From: Candidatus Anderseniibacteriota bacterium
Lineage (GTDB): Bacteria; Patescibacteriota; Andersenbacteria; UBA10190
Length of the DNA stretch: 64,000 bases
Assembly (NCBI GenBank): GCA_016197005.1
Contig: JACPWO010000001.1
Location: 410,544-474,543 of the forward strand
Direction: 5' to 3'
The notes under the pieces are model-generated. The model ran no database searches. It saw only the letters and a program-made list of their open reading frames with translations, and was not told where the DNA came from. Positions within the stretch are counted from its first letter, which is position 1, and every line of letters begins with the position of its first letter. This document shows positions 57,796 through 64,000 of this stretch, piece by piece. Position numbers and translations under genes: made by a program.

Positions 57796-58440
57796 ATGCA
57801 ATTACGCAAAGATGAGCATACAAACACTCGTAAACCGAAAAACGCTTTCGCGATTCTCCCCCTCGTTGTCTTTACGGTTATTTCTACGATTCCTCACAAC
57901 GCCCTAGCGTTTGAAACACAACTTGCTACATCACCAAGTCAGGTACTCTATGCCCCGATTCGTTTAGCTGATAAACCTACGTCTCCAGAAACACGGATTG
58001 CGGCCGTACCAGTTTCGCATAACCCGATAACTGTTATTGCCGAAGTTCCCAAACCAAAACCAGTGGTAGTAGCACAAAGTGCTCCCGTGCAAAGAATTTT
58101 TCCGACACTTGAACAGCCAGTTGTCCTAGAAGGAGAAGCTTCATACTACAGTCGCGCCGGCTGTCTAGGTTGTGACTCAATGATGATTATGGCAAATGGC
58201 CAACCACTCGATGACAATGCTCTTACTATGGCTATTGGTGCTGACAAGAAACATTTAGTTGGCTACCGTGCCAAGGTAACGAGTCTTGCGACGGGACAGT
58301 CTGTCGTTGTTAAGATCACAGATACCGGCGGATTCTACCAAGCGAAGTACGGATACCGTGTCGCTGATCTCAGCGTTGCTACCAAACAAGCAATTGGTAT
58401 GCGCGGTGGCGTCGGACAAGTTCGCGTCGAAGTTTACTAA
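57796..58440 (+). CDS. Secreted 3D-domain (MltA/YabE-like) protein
   Basis: 214 aa. Signal peptide, then EGEASYYS...MANGQPLDD...VVVKITDTGGF, the three conserved Asp residues of the 3D domain. Confidence 0.55.
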   Translation: MQLRKDEHTNTRKPKNAFAILPLVVFTVISTIPHNALAFETQLATSPSQVLYAPIRLADKPTSPETRIAAVPVSHNPITVIAEVPKPKPVVVAQSAPVQRIFPTLEQPVVLEGEASYYSRAGCLGCDSMMIMANGQPLDDNALTMAIGADKKHLVGYRAKVTSLATGQSVVVKITDTGGFYQAKYGYRVADLSVATKQAIGMRGGVGQVRVEVY

Positions 58441-58446
58441 CCACCA

Positions 58447-58478
58447 ACACCCCTGTCTGTCAGGGGTGTTGTATTATT
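58447..58478 (+). terminator. Rho-independent terminator
   Basis: ACACCCCTG-tctgt-CAGGGGTGT followed by TGTATTATT. Confidence 0.5.
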
Positions 58479-58483
58479 GCGCC

Positions 58484-59125
58484 ATGAAGATCCTCTACGA
58501 AGACAACCATCTTATTGCCATCGAAAAACGTCCTGGTCAGCTCACACAGGGAGATGCCACCGGTGATATTTCGGCGCTCGATGAGGTACGAGCATATATA
58601 AAGGAGCGAGATAAAAAGCCAGGTAATGTTTTTGTTGGTCTCCTTCATCGTCTGGATCGGCCCGTAGGTGGAGTTCTCCTGTTCGCGAAGACCAGTAAGG
58701 GTGCCAGCCGAATTTCTGAACAAATTCGAGAGCGGCAGGTAGAAAAAATATATGAAGCGTTAGTTGAAGGTCAACCACCAAAACACGGCTATATTTCCCA
58801 ATGGCTTAAAAAAGACCCTAATCGCAATTTCGTACGGGCATACGACAGACAGATCCATGGCTCACTATATGCCGAACTGGAGTATCGTCGTGTGTCAGCC
58901 GGGGAAGTTTCTCAAGTTGAAATCCACCCCATAACCGGCCGACCTCACCAAATACGGGTGGCGATGGCGAGTCTAAAAACCCCAATTGTCGGAGATAAGA
59001 AATATGGCGCGAAACAGAAGTGGGACGGACAACTTGCATTGTGGGCCACATCATTTACTTTTGCTCATCCTATTTCCCGGGAAGTCATTTCGGTACAATC
59101 TCAGCCTGCCTGGAAAATTGACTAA
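58484..59125 (+). CDS. RluA-family pseudouridine synthase
   Basis: Start at MKILYEDNHLIAIEKRPG; catalytic-Asp motif LLHRLDRPVGGVLLFAKT; HQIRV near the C-terminus. Confidence 0.85.
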   Translation: MKILYEDNHLIAIEKRPGQLTQGDATGDISALDEVRAYIKERDKKPGNVFVGLLHRLDRPVGGVLLFAKTSKGASRISEQIRERQVEKIYEALVEGQPPKHGYISQWLKKDPNRNFVRAYDRQIHGSLYAELEYRRVSAGEVSQVEIHPITGRPHQIRVAMASLKTPIVGDKKYGAKQKWDGQLALWATSFTFAHPISREVISVQSQPAWKID

Positions 59126-59205
59126 GAGGTGAAAAAGTGATACTATGAGAAAGTATCGATCCTTCTATCGAAAACACACAAACAAACATTGTTTCCGCCT
59201 TACAA

Positions 59206-59649
59206 ATGCTGCCTGTAGCAGCCTTTATTGCTATCTCCAGCTTCCCAGGACAAGCGTTAGCGTTTACTCAGACGATAGAAGACACCCACAAGATGACCTT
59301 TCCTTCTGGTCAGATTATTTCTGGCCAACTTTCTCCAGCGTCTTACTTATTTGAGGAAGGTTCAATTTTAGGGGTGTCAGTATCCGCCTATTCTTCTACT
59401 AAAGATCAAACAGACGGCAATCCATTTGTTACCGCCTCTGGAACGATGGTTCGTGAAGGAGTGGCAGCGGCTAATTTTCTTCCGATTGGAACAACAGTTA
59501 CTATTTTTGGTCGTATCTACACAATTGAGGATCGGATGAATGCCCGTTACAACGACCGCTACACAATAGATGTTTGGATGGCTTCTCGTGAAGAAGCACT
59601 GGATTTCGGCTCTCGCCGCACCCTCCTAGAAGTAGTGAATCTTCCCTAA
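59206..59649 (+). CDS. Secreted 3D-domain protein (YuiC-like)
   Basis: 147 aa. Signal peptide, then AYSSTKDQTDGNPFVTASGTMVREGVAAANFLPIGTTV...IEDRMNARYNDRYTIDVWMASREEALDFG. Confidence 0.6.
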   Translation: MLPVAAFIAISSFPGQALAFTQTIEDTHKMTFPSGQIISGQLSPASYLFEEGSILGVSVSAYSSTKDQTDGNPFVTASGTMVREGVAAANFLPIGTTVTIFGRIYTIEDRMNARYNDRYTIDVWMASREEALDFGSRRTLLEVVNLP

Positions 59650-59709
59650 GTCTTTTTCTTCTTAGAGGTAAAACTAGACAATTTTCCGTAAATCCATATA
59701 CTACCTGGC

Positions 59710-60222
59710 ATGGATTTGCTGCGAGAATTTGAACTCGAACAAGTGAAAAGTATTGAGCGCCCACGGCTCAAACCGGGTGATATTGTTCAGGTTGAAACGA
59801 AAGTAAAAGAAGGCGAAAAAACTCGTCTCCAGATGTTTGAAGGAACAATTATTGGAGTACGAGGAAGCGGACCTTCCGTTACTTTTACTGTTCGTCGCGA
59901 GAGCGGCAAATTTGGAGTCGAACGTATTTTCCCGTTATACAGCCCACTCATTACCAGTATTGAAATCATAAAGCGCCAAAAAGTGCGCCGAGCAAAATTG
60001 AATTATCTTCGAGAAGAAGGACGTCGCCGCGTGAAGGAAGATGAACTCTCCATGCAACGCTATGTAAAAGAAGAGTCAGATAAAAAACGTCTGACTGAAG
60101 AGGCGAAGAAACGAGCTGATGAGGAAGCGGCCCAGGCGGAAAGAGACAAAAAGAAGCAAGAAGAAACCCCGAAAGCTGAGACCGAAAAAAAGACTGAGGA
60201 ACCTAAGACAGAAAAGAAATAA
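59710..60222 (+). CDS. rplS: 50S ribosomal protein L19 with Lys/Glu-rich C-terminal extension
   Basis: The N-terminal 115 aa are a typical L19 (RPRLKPGDIVQV...FEGTIIGVRGSG...FPLYSPLI), followed by about 55 aa of KE-rich tail. Confidence 0.9.
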   Translation: MDLLREFELEQVKSIERPRLKPGDIVQVETKVKEGEKTRLQMFEGTIIGVRGSGPSVTFTVRRESGKFGVERIFPLYSPLITSIEIIKRQKVRRAKLNYLREEGRRRVKEDELSMQRYVKEESDKKRLTEEAKKRADEEAAQAERDKKKQEETPKAETEKKTEEPKTEKK

Positions 60223-60227
60223 CAAAG

Positions 60228-60252
60228 AACCGCTCGACCCGCGGTTTTTTGT
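60228..60252 (+). terminator. Rho-independent terminator after rplS
   Basis: AACCGC-tcgaccc-GCGGTT followed by TTTTTTG. Confidence 0.65.
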
Positions 60253-60287
60253 TTGCTAATATTGCAGTATATATCCTATCCACTTGC

Positions 60288-61013
60288 ATGGGAGTTAAAT
60301 ACAGCATCAACGAAAAATTCTTTAGTAAATGGAGCTCTGATATGGCGTATATTCTTGGTTTTTTATACGCTGATGGGAGTCTAGAAAACGCTCCTTTAAT
60401 GCGAGGGAAATATGTTCGTGTCTCTAGTACAGATAAATACATCCTTGATGCTATAAAAGAGCATTTAGATTCTGACCATACTATCGCTCTTACTACCTAT
60501 ACCAAAAAACCCAGATATTTATTGCGGATCGGAAGTCATATACTTTATGACTCTCTGGTTTCTTTAGGCTTAAAGCCTCAGAAGTCTTTAACAATGACTT
60601 TTCCTACTATTCCTACGCGTTACCTCGGCGACTTTTTAAGGGGGTATTTAGACGGTGATGGGTGTGTTCAATGCGAACAAAGTCTTAATGAACATGGAGA
60701 AAAAATATTAAAAAGGCTATCTATTTACTTTACAAGTGGGAGTGAAGAATTTTTGCGTGAAATGACTAGGCTCCTGGCAAAAACGTATGGGTTGTCCCCT
60801 CAGAAAACTCATCCTAGTAAAAGAGCATTTCAAGTACGCTACTCAACTGGCGATAGTATAACTTTATTCAAGCATCTATACGGAAAACGAATGAATAACC
60901 TGTATTTTCCAAGAAAATTTGCACGCTTTCAGAAATACTTTAACCTTAGACCGCAGCGCATTGATAAAGAAGTTGCTAAGATCTTAGATATGGCCACGTG
61001 GCGAAGTAGTTAA
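60288..61013 (+). CDS. Free-standing double-motif LAGLIDADG homing endonuclease
   Basis: Two LAGLIDADG motifs about 100 aa apart (ILGFLYADGSL and LRGYLDGDGCV). The gene is AT-rich relative to the window. Its 3' end and stop codon lie inside the tRNA-Cys gene. Confidence 0.7.
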   Translation: MGVKYSINEKFFSKWSSDMAYILGFLYADGSLENAPLMRGKYVRVSSTDKYILDAIKEHLDSDHTIALTTYTKKPRYLLRIGSHILYDSLVSLGLKPQKSLTMTFPTIPTRYLGDFLRGYLDGDGCVQCEQSLNEHGEKILKRLSIYFTSGSEEFLREMTRLLAKTYGLSPQKTHPSKRAFQVRYSTGDSITLFKHLYGKRMNNLYFPRKFARFQKYFNLRPQRIDKEVAKILDMATWRSS

Positions 61014-61064
61014 CGCGGCGGTCTGCAAAACCGCTATTCGCCGGTGCGATTCCGGCCGTGGCCT
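60992..61064 (+). tRNA. tRNA-Cys (anticodon GCA)
   Basis: GGCCACG...GCGGT-CTGCAAA-ACCGC...GCCGG-TGCGATT-CCGGC-CGTGGCC-T. Confidence 0.85.
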
Positions 61065-61082
61065 CAAAGTTCTTTTAAATGA

Positions 61083-61168
61083 GCCGGGATGGCGGAATGG
61101 TATACGCGCAGCACTTAAAATGCTGTGGCCGTAAGGCCTTGTGGGTTCGAGTCCCACTCTCGGCACCA
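61083..61168 (+). tRNA. tRNA-Leu (anticodon TAA), class II, encoded CCA
   Basis: GCCGGGA...CAGCA-CTTAAAA-TGCTG...variable arm GGCCGTAAGGCC...GTGGG-TTCGAGT-CCCAC-TCTCGGC-A-CCA. Confidence 0.85.
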
Positions 61169-61187
61169 AAAATGGTACAATATCTTT

Positions 61188-61649
61188 ATGCTATCTCTTG
61201 GAAGACTGGAAACATATATAACTGTATTTTTTATAGCAATGTTTGTGATAACTCTGCCCTCCTATGTTTCTATCCCATACTTTCTTGATGACAACGGAGG
61301 GAACCTACATTTTGACCCCAATCCTTCAATCCCTGTTTGGCTCCGCCCACTTCACAATGCCACTAGGGATGCATTAACCTTTCCGACTGTATATACACCC
61401 TTCCCTGTATATTTCTCTATATGGCTTCGCAGCTACCCTGCACCCGCACTTGAACCTACTTTCCCGTTTTCTCTATTAACAACTGTTGTCTTTGAACGCC
61501 TCATAATACTTTTAATATTCTTGTGGGCTATAAGAAAAGTAGCAACTTCCTACTGGGCAAGAGGAGTAATAGGCTTCATTATTTTATTTGATGTTGTTCC
61601 AGTGCTAATTGGTATGGGTGTAATGATGATATTTATGTTTTCTTCCTAG
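61188..61649 (+). CDS. Hypothetical polytopic membrane protein
   Basis: Start at MLSLGRLETY, just after tRNA-Leu. Several hydrophobic helices. Confidence 0.4.
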   Translation: MLSLGRLETYITVFFIAMFVITLPSYVSIPYFLDDNGGNLHFDPNPSIPVWLRPLHNATRDALTFPTVYTPFPVYFSIWLRSYPAPALEPTFPFSLLTTVVFERLIILLIFLWAIRKVATSYWARGVIGFIILFDVVPVLIGMGVMMIFMFSS

Positions 61650-61671
61650 GGGGTAGAAAACCTATCCTGTT

Positions 61672-62160
61672 TTACTCTACGTCTACCGGGAACTGAAGTG
61701 TGAAAATTGTTTTATCACCCTCTCGGTAGGCAGAGACTGCACCAATATACTTGTAATCAGGGTCTGTAGGGTTCGTGATGGTTATTTTATGTATCACATC
61801 AGCTGTAATATTTGACCCCTCCCGTGGAGCCGTTTCTTCAGGAGTAATCTGATAGTTACCATTAGTGTTACGGAAATAATTAACGTAAAAATTCATCACG
61901 TTAGCAGGCGTATCAGGCGTGCTAAAACGATACGTCTGCAATACCTTTGATACACTTTCACCTCTGGCACCAGGATAGATCGGTACTCCCGTGGGCAACT
62001 CTACGTTTTCTTCATTTTCCTGCGGTACATCTTGCGCTAATTCCTTGAATTCTCTCTTAAATTCAAGAGATATTAAGGTGCTCCACACGATAACAAAACC
62101 AACAGAGACCAACAGTGCTATGCCAAATCGCTTCAATACGATCTTAGTTACGTTGTTCAT
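61672..62160 (-). CDS. Hypothetical protein with N-terminal TM anchor
   Basis: 162 aa with a signal/anchor helix. Confidence 0.4.
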   Translation of the reverse strand: MNNVTKIVLKRFGIALLVSVGFVIVWSTLISLEFKREFKELAQDVPQENEENVELPTGVPIYPGARGESVSKVLQTYRFSTPDTPANVMNFYVNYFRNTNGNYQITPEETAPREGSNITADVIHKITITNPTDPDYKYIGAVSAYREGDKTIFTLQFPVDVE

Positions 62161-62163
62161 ACA

Positions 62164-62520
62164 CTAGGTGTAAACCGAATAAGCGACTAAACCCATAAAC
62201 ACCACATTCAGCCCCACTAGAATGAGAGCTGTGGTAAGCAAGCTTTTTGCAAACACAGGTTTGGAGTTTTTAGTTCTGCGATAGCCGTAACCAATCACGG
62301 CTAAAAAAAGTAGAACGAACGGAGCTGAATAGTAGAGGTAAAAATCTAATGTTAGCCGTTCACCTACCGCACCGCCTAGGAGCGAACCGCTGCGGCCAGG
62401 GACAAACAGAAACGTGAAGGGGATTACAAAGAAAATGAGTAATAAAAATGGGAGACAGCTAATTGTAATACCTTCGATAATCTGTCCCGCTTTTTGTTTT
62501 TCCTGTGGCGTAGCTTCCAT
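62164..62520 (-). CDS. Hypothetical membrane protein (3 TM)
   Basis: 118 aa. Confidence 0.4.
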   Translation of the reverse strand: MEATPQEKQKAGQIIEGITISCLPFLLLIFFVIPFTFLFVPGRSGSLLGGAVGERLTLDFYLYYSAPFVLLFLAVIGYGYRRTKNSKPVFAKSLLTTALILVGLNVVFMGLVAYSVYT

Positions 62521-62665
62521 AAAAAATATGATACAACAAATGAGCTTCAGTGAGTAAATCTAATGAACTAAAACCAGCAATTCTTACACCTGCGCCAATA
62601 AAACCTGCGGTGCAGTTATTTTGTCTGACCACTTGAAAGTTCTAATCGCGTCCCATTTCGCGCAC

Positions 62666-62947
62666 TTATAAATCAAGTTTTCGATTTTCAGAAAGTGCGG
62701 TTTCAACTGTGTGTCTCAAGAATGTACGGTGAGACTGTTTTTCGTTATGTATCCGTACAATCTTAATTTCTGTAGGGGTCCACTTTTCCCATAACTCCAC
62801 TCCTTTTTCAGCTGATTCCCTCGGAAATACATCCAACAGACGATCATCTCGCTCAACTAACGAGAATCCATCAGAAATAAGCTTTCGGCGAGAAAGGGGC
62901 ATGGGCATAGTAGGAGAAGAGGTGAAATTCCTTGATAGATGAGTCAT
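62666..62947 (-). CDS. Hypothetical small protein
   Basis: 93 aa, no motif recognised. Confidence 0.3.
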   Translation of the reverse strand: MTHLSRNFTSSPTMPMPLSRRKLISDGFSLVERDDRLLDVFPRESAEKGVELWEKWTPTEIKIVRIHNEKQSHRTFLRHTVETALSENRKLDL

Positions 62948-62955
62948 AGATAGGT

Positions 62956-63468
62956 ATGGTGAGACGTTCTATGAATATTACCCCTTCAATCTCTACAATC
63001 CGAATTATTCCTGCTGTACTCGCTCTAGGAGTAGCTTTGGCCGCTGTAACAATCCCGAGTACAGCGATAGCTCAAGTTGGGTACGTCGGCCCAGCTGGTA
63101 TTCCAGTTTTCTTTACTCCCAGCGCCAACCCAGCTAATGCATTTAATTACACTCAGCCGGCTCCAACTGGTTATGTCGGCCCGTCTGGTATTCCCGTGTA
63201 TTCTGGCTTTACTCCACCTACCCAGACTCCTACTAACCCGACACAACCTTCCTATTATTTCAGCCCAGCTGGTATACCTGTCTACTTTCCTCGACCAGCA
63301 CAACCGTCGTTGCCATGTCACTGCATACTGCTCTATGGGGTGCCTTGCCAGTGCCCACAGCAACCTATAATCCATCCACGTTTTATAGCTAATCCCGACA
63401 ACCCTCTCCCGCCAACTGAGTACCCGTCGTATTACTACAGTCCTGCTGGCATTCCGGTATATCCCTAA
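62956..63468 (+). CDS. Secreted repeat protein with Y-x-G-P-x-G-I-P-V-Y repeats and a Cys-rich module
   Basis: 170 aa. Signal peptide, four degenerate repeats (YVGPAGIPVF, YVGPSGIPVY, FSPAGIPVYF, YSPAGIPVYP), a PCHCILLYGVPCQCP module, and Pro/Thr/Gln-rich spacers. Confidence 0.5.
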   Translation: MVRRSMNITPSISTIRIIPAVLALGVALAAVTIPSTAIAQVGYVGPAGIPVFFTPSANPANAFNYTQPAPTGYVGPSGIPVYSGFTPPTQTPTNPTQPSYYFSPAGIPVYFPRPAQPSLPCHCILLYGVPCQCPQQPIIHPRFIANPDNPLPPTEYPSYYYSPAGIPVYP

Positions 63469-63472
63469 ACGT

Positions 63473-64000
63473 ATGATCAAAAATACTTTTAACTTACTCG
63501 CCGTACTTTTTGGGATAGCTGCTGTCCTCGTCTCATCGACGCCAGTTGTCCAAGCCCAAGTAACCTACGTGGGTCCATCCGGAATTCCGGTGTATGGTAC
63601 TGCTCCAGCACCAACTACAAACCTGCAACCAAATACCCCAGCGTATGTCGGACCTGCTGGCATTCCTGTCTACACTCCTTTTGTAACACCGGTTCCCATA
63701 CCGCAACCTGTTCAAAATCCACCATCATACTATTACGGCCCATCAGGAATTCCGGTATATTTTGCTCCTAATACAACTCCAACTCAGTACTGTCCTGGAT
63801 TCCTTGGTATTCCGTGGCCGTGCCGAACTAATCCACCCCTACCAACTCCACCCGTTCCGTGTTATTGCCCTTTAATTGTAGGTGGGCCACCGTGTTCTTG
63901 TAACCCAAATCCACGACCGCCATATTACCCAACACCCACGCCTTACCCAGTAGTGCCTCGTCCAACACCTACTGTTTTCCCAACAATCCCACAGCCAACT
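63473..64000 (+). CDS. Paralogous secreted Y-x-G-P-x-G-I-P-V-Y repeat protein, 3'-truncated by the window edge
   Basis: Not in the supplied ORF track because it has no stop in the window. ATG at 63473, signal peptide MIKNTFNLLAVLFGIAAVLVSSTPVVQA, repeats YVGPSGIPVY, YVGPAGIPVY and YGPSGIPVYF, and Cys-rich PCRTNPP..PCYCPLIVGGPPCSCNP. Confidence 0.5.
   Translation, partial: MIKNTFNLLAVLFGIAAVLVSSTPVVQAQVTYVGPSGIPVYGTAPAPTTNLQPNTPAYVGPAGIPVYTPFVTPVPIPQPVQNPPSYYYGPSGIPVYFAPNTTPTQYCPGFLGIPWPCRTNPPLPTPPVPCYCPLIVGGPPCSCNPNPRPPYYPTPTPYPVVPRPTPTVFPTIPQPT

Noticed and set aside
60984-61169. 61-aa minus-strand ORF across tRNA-Cys and tRNA-Leu(TAA)
   Set aside because: Antisense to two tRNA genes; an artefact.
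1-64000. CRISPR arrays, rRNA genes, IS elements or transposases, prophage genes
   Set aside because: There are no regularly spaced direct repeats, no 16S/23S/5S signatures, and no transposase, integrase or phage structural motifs other than the Xer-type recombinase and the LAGLIDADG endonuclease.

Overview
This 64 kb window is a gene-dense bacterial chromosomal segment, about 90% coding, with no rRNA, CRISPR array or transposase. The gene content looks like a reduced-genome, host-dependent bacterium (Patescibacteria/CPR-like). That is an inference from content only: housekeeping genes, ribosomal proteins S1 and L19 and PNPase carrying lysine- or RGG-rich C-terminal tails, many small membrane proteins, and no biosynthetic operons. 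Recognisable housekeeping genes are recG, pnp, rpsO, gyrA, rpsA, nusA, a membrane H+-pyrophosphatase, tig, clpP, rny, rplS, clpC, nfo, a family-4 uracil-DNA glycosylase, xerC/D and a P-type ATPase. I read 11 tRNA genes by eye: His, Arg(TCT), Arg(TCG), Leu(TAG), Ala, Leu(GAG), Val, Phe, Gly, Cys and Leu(TAA). Several Rho-independent terminators are visible. The stretches worth a second look are listed next.

- 27.6-30.9 kb: four genes carrying five tandem pilin-like two-helix modules, apparently co-operonic with a solute-binding protein and a methyltransferase downstream of gyrA.
- 17.7-20.4 kb: a ClpC-type double AAA+ unfoldase with an N-terminal ClpX-type C4 zinc ribbon, while clpX is missing from its usual place after tig-clpP.
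- 60.3-61.0 kb: a free-standing, AT-rich LAGLIDADG homing endonuclease gene whose 3' end overlaps tRNA-Cys.
- 2416-2999 and 6930-7400: two ORF-free, structure-rich regions of 470-580 bp that may hold unassigned ncRNAs.
- 20.5-23.8 kb: a GC-elevated block of secreted and membrane-tethered proteins of unknown function.
- 62.9-64.0 kb: two secreted proteins built from Y-x-G-P-x-G-I-P-V-Y repeats and Cys-rich modules.

All functional calls come from motif recognition in the supplied translations; I could run no database search.
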